25,668 nucleotides of DNA from a virus. Positions 1-7,751 of the stretch are shown piece by piece. How positions within the stretch are numbered: position 1 is the first letter of the stretch; each line of letters starts with the position of its first letter. The stretch lies in the IMG/VR virus record IMGVR_UViG_3300028840_001289, positions 1 through 25,668 of that record; one strand, 5' to 3'. The notes under the pieces were generated by a model. The model ran no database searches and was not told where the DNA came from. It saw only the letters and a list, made by a program, of their open reading frames with translations. A program made the translations under genes and the position numbers.

Positions 1-144
1 CGCCTTTGGAGTTTGAAAGTGCGGGGATTGGAGGTTGGCTTGGGTTGCGGCATTGGAATATGGAAGGACTGGAATGCACCTATTACCCTAATGAGAACTC
101 TGGCAACTTACTGATCAATTCAGTATCGGTGCAGGGCGATCAGC
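1..144. repeat. Terminal overlap identical to 25525..25668. This is the signature of a circular or circularly permuted genome assembly.
   Basis: Read base by base: cgcctttggagtttgaaagtgcgg...gcagggcgatcagc occurs at both ends of the window (144/144 identical). Confidence 0.9.
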
Positions 145-1034
145 GAAAAGCTACCGTGACACATAATATACCTCAATCTATTGATTCAGCGTGCAGGGCA
201 TTCGATGTTGGATGGACTTATTTTTATACTACATACCTGGACAGCACATGGATAGTTAACATACGTTATACAAAACAGGGTGTTAGCCGCTGGGCTTATT
301 TAGAAGGCGGCAACTTTAAATGGAATGATGAGCCTGACAGCATCGCTGTTTTAATGCTTGGAGACAGGCAACCAGAAACAGTTAATTTTAGACTTGAGCG
401 TCCTTTGGATGAATTCACCGGCGATAGTGAATTATACATCGAAATATTTCAGCCCATATCATTTGGTGTTGGAGGTCAGGCTGTGGTTAACAGGTTCAGG
501 CTTGGTTTTATTGTACCTGAATGGGAGGGCGCAGGCTACAAGGATGAGACACTGCTTGACTTCGTTCAGGTAAATGTATGGGGCAGCCAGCCGCCTCAGC
601 AGATGGATTTCACATGGGGCATGGCAAATTCGCAGCGTGATAACTCCCATTATTTCCATTTGAGTAGTCCTTATACCAGGGATGGTATAGTCAAAACATT
701 GTGGGGCATGGATGGCAAAACCACCAACATCACAGAACACAAGTATCTGCATAGTTGGTTGCTGGACAGGCTTATTGAAGACAATGACCTGATCACCCGG
801 AAGCTGAAAGCAAGCTACCGAAGCACCCAGATCAGCCCGTTAAGGTTGGTATTTGATTACGAGGCCAATATTTACGGGTTTGTTGCGGGTGAGTACAATG
901 ATAAGAGTTGTTTTTGGGAGAATGTGGAATACGTAGAATATAAGTCAGTCAGGAATGTACCGGGAAGGAAAGATAGGTGTGACTTTTCCGTCAACCAATT
1001 CGATGACAGTTTTTGTAAATGGATAATACCTTAA
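1..1034 (+). CDS. 3' part of a wrap-around tail/baseplate gene. The full gene is 24450..25524 joined to 1..1034, 702 aa. Putative distal-tail/baseplate protein.
   Basis: The frame of ORF 6..1034 is continuous with the open frame that runs off the window end. Position 6 equals 25530 and both lie in the same codon phase. The gene sits immediately downstream of the tape measure gene. Confidence 0.8.
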   Translation, partial: PLEFESAGIGGWLGLRHWNMEGLECTYYPNENSGNLLINSVSVQGDQRKATVTHNIPQSIDSACRAFDVGWTYFYTTYLDSTWIVNIRYTKQGVSRWAYLEGGNFKWNDEPDSIAVLMLGDRQPETVNFRLERPLDEFTGDSELYIEIFQPISFGVGGQAVVNRFRLGFIVPEWEGAGYKDETLLDFVQVNVWGSQPPQQMDFTWGMANSQRDNSHYFHLSSPYTRDGIVKTLWGMDGKTTNITEHKYLHSWLLDRLIEDNDLITRKLKASYRSTQISPLRLVFDYEANIYGFVAGEYNDKSCFWENVEYVEYKSVRNVPGRKDRCDFSVNQFDDSFCKWIIP

Positions 1035-1044
1035 ATTTGTAACT

Positions 1045-2535
1045 ATGGGAGCAAGAGACGATGCCAGGACATACTGGAACAACAACATAATTCAAAACGC
1101 AGCCCAATCCATTACAGGCCAAAAGTTAAATGTTGGCGGTGTTGATAATATCATTGACGTGGCTACTTTCGATGATGAGATAGTTGGTCGGATGTTATGG
1201 AAGAATGAATGGGTTGCCGGTGAATATAACCAATATGATGTTGTAAGGGATGGTGACTGGACTATGGTTGCTAATAAAACCACTAACGACAAGCCAGCTC
1301 CACAGCCATCAGGAGAACCTTATTATCTTTATACCGGCACTATCGGTACTAACACCGCAACTGCCAAGCAGATTATATTCGGTCAGCGTATTACAACAGG
1401 CGTAAGCGGTGGATATATTAATGGTTATAGAGTTTATACCGTTGCGGGTAACTTTTACAGTGTCTTTGTTGTTAGCAACCCATTGGGAACACCGGTATTT
1501 AATCTTGTTTTGCAATTTACTGCTACTGCTGACGGATGGACTGAGTTTGCTATTAGCCCAATAATATTGCCGCCAGCAACGGTTTTCGATATCATTTGCA
1601 ATGTCAGCGAGCCTGATCCCACGCCTACTACTTTTACCGGCCCCTGGAATTATCTAACACCTAACAACCCAGGCACTCCGGCAGCAGGTACTATCGACCA
1701 CGCTAACACCCAAACAGATTCTTTTAGAATACACAAGACAGATAACAATTCTGTTGACCGTTCGGCTGAGTTACTTTCATTAAGGGTTGGTGATATAATC
1801 GATGGTGTCAATCAAAGGTGGTCTATCCAGTTTTTTTCTGATCAAGGTACTTATGTAGATTTCACCGTTGCTCCAGCACAGCAAGGTGCGCCTGATGGGG
1901 TGGCAACGTTTACTTTCGAGACTGTTACCGCAACCCCTATCACTTATGGTGAGGATTTAGACTTTTGGTCAAGCAACCCAAATGTTCAAGGGCTTTTTAT
2001 TGAAGATGGCCAGTGGTCTGATATTGTTCCAGACGAATCACAATACGGGATAGATATATTGATACAAAACGCAACTGTTAGTACTGATTGGGATTTACTT
2101 GCTTTGAGTGGAGGTACTGGTGGTGGTGGTGATTGGGTTCCTTATTATGTTTTTGATAAGGCCACCGGTGTAACTGTAACTGCAGCTCAGAACCTTGCCC
2201 CGCCCAACAACTGGCAAAACATTTGCGATGTGGAGTATGGCATTGAAAGCGGTGACACTGTATATGAGTTCAAGATCAGTTTAACCTGGACTTATTCTAC
2301 GACAGCCAGGGGATCATACATAAGGTATTCAATTGACAATGGATCTACCTGGAATGAGTTTGTCAGGGAGCCTAAAGATGTAAGTGATGTCTATGTTACA
2401 TACTACGCTTTTCCTCAATCGTACAGCCAGTTGAGTCCTACATCGAGCAGGTTTTTGCTTGATGTGAGTAAACAGGACGATACTGATATAATGTTGGTTA
2501 ATTTCGCTGATGTGATGGTAGAACGTGTTAAGTGA
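1045..2535 (+). CDS. Tail/baseplate or receptor-binding protein, 496 aa. Function not assignable from sequence alone.
   Basis: Long ORF in the tail module, with its ATG 10 nt after the preceding stop. An internal Gly-rich linker (SGGTGGGGDW) separates two regions. Confidence 0.7.
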   Translation: MGARDDARTYWNNNIIQNAAQSITGQKLNVGGVDNIIDVATFDDEIVGRMLWKNEWVAGEYNQYDVVRDGDWTMVANKTTNDKPAPQPSGEPYYLYTGTIGTNTATAKQIIFGQRITTGVSGGYINGYRVYTVAGNFYSVFVVSNPLGTPVFNLVLQFTATADGWTEFAISPIILPPATVFDIICNVSEPDPTPTTFTGPWNYLTPNNPGTPAAGTIDHANTQTDSFRIHKTDNNSVDRSAELLSLRVGDIIDGVNQRWSIQFFSDQGTYVDFTVAPAQQGAPDGVATFTFETVTATPITYGEDLDFWSSNPNVQGLFIEDGQWSDIVPDESQYGIDILIQNATVSTDWDLLALSGGTGGGGDWVPYYVFDKATGVTVTAAQNLAPPNNWQNICDVEYGIESGDTVYEFKISLTWTYSTTARGSYIRYSIDNGSTWNEFVREPKDVSDVYVTYYAFPQSYSQLSPTSSRFLLDVSKQDDTDIMLVNFADVMVERVK

Positions 2536-2741
2536 TGAAACAATGGGAACCATCAGATTGGGTGGCATTTGGACTGTTAGGATTTATATGGGTTTACCTG
2601 GTATTGGTCTTTGTTTTGAGAATGAAAGGTTATTCAATAGATGATGATGAAGGCGTAAGAACAAAAGAAATTGTAATATATATTCTCGGAATCCTCTCGG
2701 GGTACATCGGGATAAAAAAAGTGAAAAGAAATGGCAACTAA
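2535..2741 (+). CDS. Small membrane protein with two predicted TM helices. Holin-like candidate.
   Basis: ATG at 2535 overlaps the upstream TGA (TGATG). Hydrophobic stretches are WVAFGLLGFIWVYLVLVFVL and IVIYILGILSGYIGI, and the C-terminus is basic (KKVKRNGN). Confidence 0.55.
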   Translation: MKQWEPSDWVAFGLLGFIWVYLVLVFVLRMKGYSIDDDEGVRTKEIVIYILGILSGYIGIKKVKRNGN

Positions 2742-3747
2742 TTTTTTTGAAAAGGCAAGCCTGGTATTGATACCATCAGGATACAAAGCCGGTAAACTAT
2801 ACAGCGTGAAACCTGATGATGGTTCAGGTGACTTCACCTTTGCTAGAACAACGACAGCGACACGAACCAACTCGGCGGGGCAGATTGAAACGGTGGGCAC
2901 TGATGTACCTCGGTTGCAGTATCCATCATGTCCTTCTTTGCTGTTAGAGCCTGCGAGGACGAATTTAGTTACATATTCTGAGCAGTTTGATACAGGATGG
3001 ACTACACAAGCGGCAACGGTAACAAGTGGATTTATTGCACCTGATGGCAGTTCAAATGCCTGGAAATTGGCAGAAGATGATACAGAAACTCAACATTGGG
3101 TTAGACGTACAGGTGTAGCAATACCAAATGGCGTTGATTGTACTATATCTTGTTTCGCAAAAGCAGGGGAAAGAGATTGGCTATTTCTTTACGGTAATAA
3201 TTTTGATTCCAGGGCTTATTTTGATCTCAAGAATGGTGTTGTTGGAACTGTTATTGCAGGAACAGCAAGCATTGAAGATTGGGGTAATGGTTGGTATCGT
3301 TGTATAATTACAAACACTACTATCAACGTATCATCTGCTGTCAATATTCAGGTTGCTGAAAGTGATAACACTATTTTATATCAAGGTGATGGCTCAAGTG
3401 GTATTTATATATGGGGAGTTCAGGGTGAGGAAGGTTCTTACCCAACATCCTACATCAAGACGGAAGCGAGTACGGTAAATAGGGGGATTGATACTTGCTC
3501 AGTAGCAACAAGCGGCATACTTGGAACTAATGAGGGTACGATTGCCGAGCAGTACGATGCTGACAAGTACGCATACAGATATACCTCAGATGGCAATATG
3601 GAAACTTATAAAAATGGTGCAAGCGAAGGAACGGAAGTTGCAGCTTTGCCAGCAACATACAATTTAAAGAATCCTGGTGAATATCAATACGTTTATATGT
3701 TTAACACTCCACTTACCGACCAGGAGATGGTGGATATCACAACTTAA
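2731..3747 (+). CDS. Tail fibre / receptor-binding protein, 338 aa.
   Basis: The N-terminus reads LIPSGYKAGKLYSVKPDDGSGDFTFARTTTATRTNSAGQIE...PRLQY..CPSLLLEPARTNL. From memory this matches the conserved N-terminal anchor of Bacteroidota phage fibre proteins. A beta-rich, lectin-like region follows. Confidence 0.7.
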   Translation: MATNFFEKASLVLIPSGYKAGKLYSVKPDDGSGDFTFARTTTATRTNSAGQIETVGTDVPRLQYPSCPSLLLEPARTNLVTYSEQFDTGWTTQAATVTSGFIAPDGSSNAWKLAEDDTETQHWVRRTGVAIPNGVDCTISCFAKAGERDWLFLYGNNFDSRAYFDLKNGVVGTVIAGTASIEDWGNGWYRCIITNTTINVSSAVNIQVAESDNTILYQGDGSSGIYIWGVQGEEGSYPTSYIKTEASTVNRGIDTCSVATSGILGTNEGTIAEQYDADKYAYRYTSDGNMETYKNGASEGTEVAALPATYNLKNPGEYQYVYMFNTPLTDQEMVDITT

Positions 3748-3751
3748 AACA

Positions 3752-4273
3752 ATGGCACAAGAAAAATACGACAGTTACACCTTTGCTGATGAAGCAGAAA
3801 TGTTCACCGTTATCGAAGGTCAAGGATACCTGATAAATGCTACTGAGGAAGGCGTATCGGGTGAATTGCAGTCCAATAATATCATCACTGATACCAATGC
3901 AGGGGAGGGTGATGCTACCTACCTTGATATGCACTGGCTTGGACAAATTCCCCTTGACGACCTTGAACCGCCAACGATGTCCGTTGAGGTTTATGTTACC
4001 TCGGCACGAAAGGGGAATTTCAAGATACCGTCAAACTACAAGGTAGATGGTCAGATGCGCAAGTATGTCAATTCACTGAATAGTTATGCGGGGGAACCAA
4101 ACCTTAATGAGGAAGAGATCATTGAACCTGCAGTGTTGAACACCGTCACCACCACTTACACCAAAACGCAGATCCTTCAATGGATGGATGATAACGATGT
4201 ACCTACTGAGTTGTATGAGGAGAGTTGGACTAAGGCAGAGTTAATCCTGGTTATTTTGTCTTGGTTTGTCTGA
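3752..4273 (+). CDS. Hypothetical protein, 173 aa, last gene of the + strand block.
   Basis: The in-frame ATG at 3752 lies just after the fibre gene stop (3745..3747). The ORF-track start at 3677 would overlap the fibre gene by 71 nt. Confidence 0.6.
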   Translation: MAQEKYDSYTFADEAEMFTVIEGQGYLINATEEGVSGELQSNNIITDTNAGEGDATYLDMHWLGQIPLDDLEPPTMSVEVYVTSARKGNFKIPSNYKVDGQMRKYVNSLNSYAGEPNLNEEEIIEPAVLNTVTTTYTKTQILQWMDDNDVPTELYEESWTKAELILVILSWFV

Positions 4274-4465
4274 GCCTTTTTGGTGATTATCGCACCAAAA
4301 TTTATGATTTTTGGCTTTTGGCTCACCACAGCAACCGTAATAGGGTTGCATATTAATCACATACTCGGCATATAGCTGCATCAGTCTTTGGTAATTATCA
4401 CCTGTTATTGTAATCTGGTTATGTGCTAACCAAATATCAGGTGGCATTGGTTTATTACTCATCAC
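4241..4465 (-). CDS. Hypothetical small Cys-containing protein, 74 aa.
   Basis: ATGA start/stop overlap with the upstream gene at 4462..4465 suggests translational coupling. It is convergent with 3752..4273. Confidence 0.5.
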   Translation of the reverse strand: MMSNKPMPPDIWLAHNQITITGDNYQRLMQLYAEYVINMQPYYGCCGEPKAKNHKFWCDNHQKGSDKPRQNNQD

Positions 4466-4701
4466 TCAAAATATACTAAGTCCAACGTAATTGAATACCA
4501 CTTACCGTCATCGTGCATGATCAAATGCCCTTTGTGACGTATAATAAGACCATCGGCAGGATCTGTCGGGATCGTTTCAGTCTCCTGGATGATCACTGTG
4601 CCGATGTTCATTTCTGCCTGTGGCGGGTACTCTTTGGCCACAAGAAATAGTGCTGCCATCCCAAGTATGACGACTGTAAGGATCGTAATAATTTTTTTCA
4701 T
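4462..4701 (-). CDS. Hypothetical protein with an N-terminal signal-anchor or TM segment, 79 aa.
   Basis: The N-terminus MKKIITILTVVILGMAALFLVAKEY is a basic stretch followed by a hydrophobic helix. Confidence 0.55.
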   Translation of the reverse strand: MKKIITILTVVILGMAALFLVAKEYPPQAEMNIGTVIIQETETIPTDPADGLIIRHKGHLIMHDDGKWYSITLDLVYFE

Positions 4702-4718
4702 GTCCGTAATTGTTTAAT

Positions 4719-4738
4719 AACCCCAGGCTGGTGGGGTT
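4719..4738 (-). other. 7-bp stem hairpin (AACCCCA / TGGGGTT, 6-nt loop) 17 nt upstream of the 4701 start codon.
   Basis: Inverted repeat read directly from the sequence. There is no clean U-tract, so terminator versus 5'-UTR structure is unresolved. Confidence 0.35.
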
Positions 4739-4923
4739 GGTGAATAGGAATCAAATTGATCAACTTATGAACTCTTTGCCAAGCCAGCCCTCAGCGTATT
4801 TCTTTGTAACAAAAGTCAACGTATTTGACTGCATGATGTCTTTTATTTAATGCCCTCAGGACTTCCATAGCTGCCCTGTCACGCACTTTCCTGTTGTATT
4901 CAACCCAGAAGCCACGGGAGCCG

Positions 4924-5871
4924 TTACTTAGACGTATGTGAGATATTTCTATATTCATCTATTGCTTTAAATATTTGGTATGCTACCTGCGGAACTATTG
5001 CGTTTCCGTAAGCTTTGATTGATTCGTTTCGCCACTTTGGAAAGGTAATATTGTCCAATCTGTCGGGAATCCCATCATCTCGGCTACAAACAGGGGGTTG
5101 AGTTGGGAAGTTTTGCCAGTTTGGCTGAACGCATCCGGCAGACTGTTGGTTTCGTTCCTTCCTGCCTTTTGTAGTGCTTCCTCTGACCTTACCCCCTTGT
5201 GATCCCGTGTTGCCGGTGTCGGGAGTAGTGTGTTCGGTAGGCTGCTTTGTTGAGTCCACCCGCTGCCTGTTCTCCCCTTGTAATCCCTTTGGTTTGGTGT
5301 CGGGAGTAGGCCGCTGGCTATCGCATCTTCCAAATTCCCCCTCTTCCTGTCGTTGCTGCAATTTCCCCTCGCTGATGCTTCCCTCGCGGTAGGCAACAAA
5401 CCAAACCCTATCCCGTCTGTGGGGAGCGTTGACACCGCAAGCTGGAAGTAGAAACGGTGTGACCTCGTAGCCCTCAGCTTCCAGGTCAGCTTGCACCTCG
5501 TGGAATACCAGCCCGCCTGACCAATTAACAAGGCCGTAAACGTTTTCTCCCACAACCCAACGTGGCTGAATTTCCCTAATTGCTCTAAGCATTTCCGGCC
5601 AGAGATGTCTGTCATCTTCCTTTCCCTTTCGTAGCCCTGCTGCTGAGTAGGGTTGGCAAGGGAATCCGCCTGTGAGGATGTCAATTCCTCCTCGGTGAAC
5701 AGTGAAATCTGTCTTTGTGATGTCTCCATAACTTATTGAACCTGGAAAATGATACTCTAATACTTTTCTTGGGAAGTCCTCCCATTCGCAGTAAAATACG
5801 TTTGTCCACCCCATCCAATCTGCTGCCAGGTCAAAACCTCCAATTCCGCTGAACAGTGAGCCGTGTGTCAT
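4924..5871 (-). CDS. DNA (cytosine-5)-methyltransferase, frame A, 315 aa.
   Basis: Motifs seen: I FSGIGG, IV GFPCQPYS, VI VVGENV, VIII APHRRDRVWFVA, and C-terminal motif X YGNAIVPQV. The middle (about residues 165-250) is a low-complexity R/K/Q/G/T-rich linker with no recognisable TRD or motif IX. Confidence 0.85.
   Translation of the reverse strand: MTHGSLFSGIGGFDLAADWMGWTNVFYCEWEDFPRKVLEYHFPGSISYGDITKTDFTVHRGGIDILTGGFPCQPYSAAGLRKGKEDDRHLWPEMLRAIREIQPRWVVGENVYGLVNWSGGLVFHEVQADLEAEGYEVTPFLLPACGVNAPHRRDRVWFVAYREGSISEGKLQQRQEEGEFGRCDSQRPTPDTKPKGLQGENRQRVDSTKQPTEHTTPDTGNTGSQGGKVRGSTTKGRKERNQQSAGCVQPNWQNFPTQPPVCSRDDGIPDRLDNITFPKWRNESIKAYGNAIVPQVAYQIFKAIDEYRNISHTSK
4995..5729 (-). CDS. Nested +1-frame ORF inside the C5-methyltransferase gene, 244 aa. 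LLPTP-repeat protein with a C-terminal NPLFVAEMMGFPTDWT motif. Possible TRD/motif-IX module or overprinted gene.
   Basis: The frame has 244 stop-free codons. There are three copies of an LLPT(P)xxR(D/E)xxxG unit at residues 111, 141 and 168. Differences between copies 2 and 3 are synonymous in this frame (cca/ccg Pro, agg/cgg Arg) but not in frame A. MGFPxxW resembles the C5-MTase motif-IX region. Confidence 0.5.
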   Translation of the reverse strand: METSQRQISLFTEEELTSSQADSLANPTQQQGYERERKMTDISGRKCLEQLGKFSHVGLWEKTFTALLIGQAGWYSTRCKLTWKLRATRSHRFYFQLAVSTLPTDGIGFGLLPTAREASARGNCSNDRKRGNLEDAIASGLLPTPNQRDYKGRTGSGWTQQSSLPNTLLPTPATRDHKGVRSEEALQKAGRNETNSLPDAFSQTGKTSQLNPLFVAEMMGFPTDWTILPFQSGETNQSKLTETQ

Positions 5872-6335
5872 ATCACTTCAAGTATCTGCTCAAACGATCT
5901 GATGACGATATAGGTGAACCCACGGGAGATGACCTTCTGCTGGAATTTCACCTGGCTTTCCCGCATCTTGTCCGAGCTCGAGAACTTCACCTCGATATAT
6001 ACAGCACCCTTTATGCCGGGAACCGATGCAATCAAATCGCTGGTACCTGGTTCAGTTGTGCCAGGTATCCATTTGTCCTCGATCAGCGTGCGCTCCTTGC
6101 CGGTGACATCCTTCACCTCGTGCTTGCTTACAAGCCTGCGCCCTGATGTGGTTACCTTCGTGCATATACCGCCTTGTATTTCGATGTACTCACTGATGAG
6201 TGCTTCCAATTGGGCTGCTGTCTTTGGGGTTTTTACTTTAAATTCCGAATCGAAATATCGGGATGGCTCTTTGCCGTGTTTCTTGATGTACTTCTGACGG
6301 CGAAGTTGTTCAAGTTTTAAGTATGCTTCATTCAT
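5868..6335 (-). CDS. VRR-NUC / PD-(D/E)xK-type nuclease-like protein, 155 aa.
   Basis: The C-terminal half reads GTSDLIASVPGIKGAVYIEVKFSSSDKMRESQVKFQQKVISRGFTYIVI. This fits the D...E-x-K...Q pattern of VRR-NUC domains. There is an ATGA overlap with the MTase start. Confidence 0.6.
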   Translation of the reverse strand: MNEAYLKLEQLRRQKYIKKHGKEPSRYFDSEFKVKTPKTAAQLEALISEYIEIQGGICTKVTTSGRRLVSKHEVKDVTGKERTLIEDKWIPGTTEPGTSDLIASVPGIKGAVYIEVKFSSSDKMRESQVKFQQKVISRGFTYIVIRSFEQILEVI

Positions 6336-6591
6336 GGCTGTCTAATTTACGCTTAATATCGCCCTGGTTGTAACTCATCCCGAAGCCGATCCTGTCAGGC
6401 TGGTTCATTAGCAACTGCTGCATCATTATCACCATGACCTCTTCAGGACAGTCTTCATTGTTGAAATATTCCATGTCTGTCTTGGTGTCTTCAGGCAGCG
6501 TGCTGTTATGTATCAGGTTGTCTATCCACTCGTATGGATGCTCGATGTCACTTTCCACACCGAGCATCTCGAATATTTGCCAGATGTTCAT
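6328..6591 (-). CDS. Hypothetical acidic protein, 87 aa.
   Basis: The ORF is tightly packed in the operon, with a TAATG overlap upstream and an 8-nt overlap downstream. Confidence 0.55.
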   Translation of the reverse strand: MNIWQIFEMLGVESDIEHPYEWIDNLIHNSTLPEDTKTDMEYFNNEDCPEEVMVIMMQQLLMNQPDRIGFGMSYNQGDIKRKLDSHE

Positions 6592-6926
6592 TACACAAGT
6601 TTTTTAATCCGAACTGCCAGCACTTGTTTACCGAATGCTGAAACCGTTTCGCAAGTTAACTGAACTTTGTATCCAACCCATTTCTCTACGCTTGGAGAGC
6701 CGATCAGGTGCGTCAACTGCTTGCTGTTCGTTTTATTCAGAACGATCATCTTCTTAGTTTCTTTAAATGCCATCACAACTTTATCCTCCTTGCCACGCTC
6801 GTTTTGCACTTCATCAATGCCAATCTCCTTGATGGTGAGCGTTACGTCACCCTCCAACAGATCCTCGCCGCTGATGTAGCGGTAATCATGGAACTTCCGC
6901 CAGTTCCCTGTTATTGTTTTCTTCAT
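6591..6926 (-). CDS. Conserved-looking hypothetical phage protein, 111 aa.
   Basis: The ORF is preceded directly by TAATAGACA-ATG and has protein-like composition. No motif was assignable. Confidence 0.6.
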   Translation of the reverse strand: MKKTITGNWRKFHDYRYISGEDLLEGDVTLTIKEIGIDEVQNERGKEDKVVMAFKETKKMIVLNKTNSKQLTHLIGSPSVEKWVGYKVQLTCETVSAFGKQVLAVRIKKLV

Positions 6927-6932
6927 TGTCTA

Positions 6933-7073
6933 TTAATTTTTGCCCCACTTCTCAAGTATGATCTGTGAGAGCATGTTACTTAATGTTCGGTTCTCTGCTT
7001 CTGCCAGCTCTTTCAAAAGTTTGTGAATCCTGGCAGGAATGGTTACTGATCTGAATTTCTTTTCTGTTTTCAT
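6933..7073 (-). CDS. Ribbon-helix-helix (CopG/Arc-like) DNA-binding protein, 46 aa. Below the ORF-track length cutoff.
   Basis: Hand translation gives MKTEKKFRSVTIPARIHKLLKELAEAENRTLSNMLSQIILEKWGKN. This reads as a beta-strand (VTIP) followed by two helices, the typical RHH layout. There is an ATGA overlap with the upstream gene stop at 7070..7073. Confidence 0.6.
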   Translation of the reverse strand: MKTEKKFRSVTIPARIHKLLKELAEAENRTLSNMLSQIILEKWGKN

Positions 7074-7330
7074 GTTAACTCGATATAAATATTAAATTTT
7101 GTTTCTAATTCTGTCCCGTGGTCATCATACAGGAACAAATCACCGTAAAATGTAGCGGCCCTGTCACCATTGACCCATTGGTATATCATACCCTGGATGT
7201 ACAGGTTCTCCTCGATCTCAACGTCCCAAACGTCACGTGGGTATTGGCCCTCAATCGTCCGGTCTGCATAGTCCCCATTCTCCTTGAACCAGGCCTGCAA
7301 CCTTTGTTTGGCTTGTTGTTCGAGGTTCAT
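7070..7330 (-). CDS. Hypothetical protein, 86 aa, taken from the internal ATG (MNLEQQAKQRL...).
   Basis: The N-terminal 46 codons of the ORF-track model (to 7468) overlap the upstream gene 7383..7733 and look non-coding (Cys/Ile-rich). The ATG at 7330 leaves a 52-nt spacer. Confidence 0.5.
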   Translation of the reverse strand: MNLEQQAKQRLQAWFKENGDYADRTIEGQYPRDVWDVEIEENLYIQGMIYQWVNGDRAATFYGDLFLYDDHGTELETKFNIYIELT

Positions 7331-7382
7331 TTTTAACATTATAAACATAAAGGTCATCGCTATTCTTATGTGAATATTTATG

Positions 7383-7733
7383 CTACTTAAATTCGCCGAT
7401 ATTATTGCGGTTCTTGAGCATTGTTTGCAAGAATTGAAGTTGCGAGCTATCGGTTTCAATGTCATCAAATGTCATCGACATCAATCGTTTTGATTTGATT
7501 TCACGCAAGAAAAGTGAAATTCTGTATTGATCAACAGTCAAATAAAATTCTGCATCGGTGCCGGGATATAACGAAAATTTGATTGTTTCATCATGTGACA
7601 TGACGACGATCAAATTAATCGAATCTTCATTGTGTTCAATTTTGTAGATCAGCGATTTATGATCTACTGAAATATTCCATAATCGGTGTTCAATTTTCAG
7701 AATTTGTTCTTCAAGATTGTTTGTTGTTTTCAT
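7383..7733 (-). CDS. Hypothetical protein, 116 aa.
   Basis: ORF preceded by TTAAACAATAGACAA-ATG. Confidence 0.6.
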   Translation of the reverse strand: MKTTNNLEEQILKIEHRLWNISVDHKSLIYKIEHNEDSINLIVVMSHDETIKFSLYPGTDAEFYLTVDQYRISLFLREIKSKRLMSMTFDDIETDSSQLQFLQTMLKNRNNIGEFK

Positions 7734-7751
7734 TTGTCTATTGTTTAATAA

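Noticed and set aside
3677-3751. N-terminal extensions in the ORF-track models at 3677, 7468, 7979, 10282, 14469, 19424 and 20688.
   Set aside because: Each extension overlaps the preceding gene or a terminator hairpin and looks non-coding. The internal ATGs give compact, typical phage gene spacing.
4791-4958. 55-aa minus-strand ORF (MNIEISHIRLSNGSRGFWVEYNRKVRDRAAMEVLRALNKRHHAVKYVDFCYKEIR). It overlaps the MTase 3' end and partly fills the 222-bp gap before gene 4462..4701.
   Set aside because: It is short, has no recognisable motif and has no distinctive start context. I kept it only as a possibility, since the gap may simply hold regulatory sequence and the 4719..4738 hairpin.
5174-5392. 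72-aa + strand ORF antisense to the methyltransferase linker region.
   Set aside because: The minus strand here is purine-rich and T-poor, so stop codons are rare in several frames. The translation is Cys/Pro/Ser-rich, with no repeat logic of its own.
5030-5410. Search for programmed-frameshift signals (X_XXY_YYZ heptamers, +1 sites) at the two frame A/B junctions of the methyltransferase.
   Set aside because: Only weak candidates are present (GGG_TTT_GGT_TTG near 5400, TCA_AAG near 5020). Neither is strong enough to call a recoding site.
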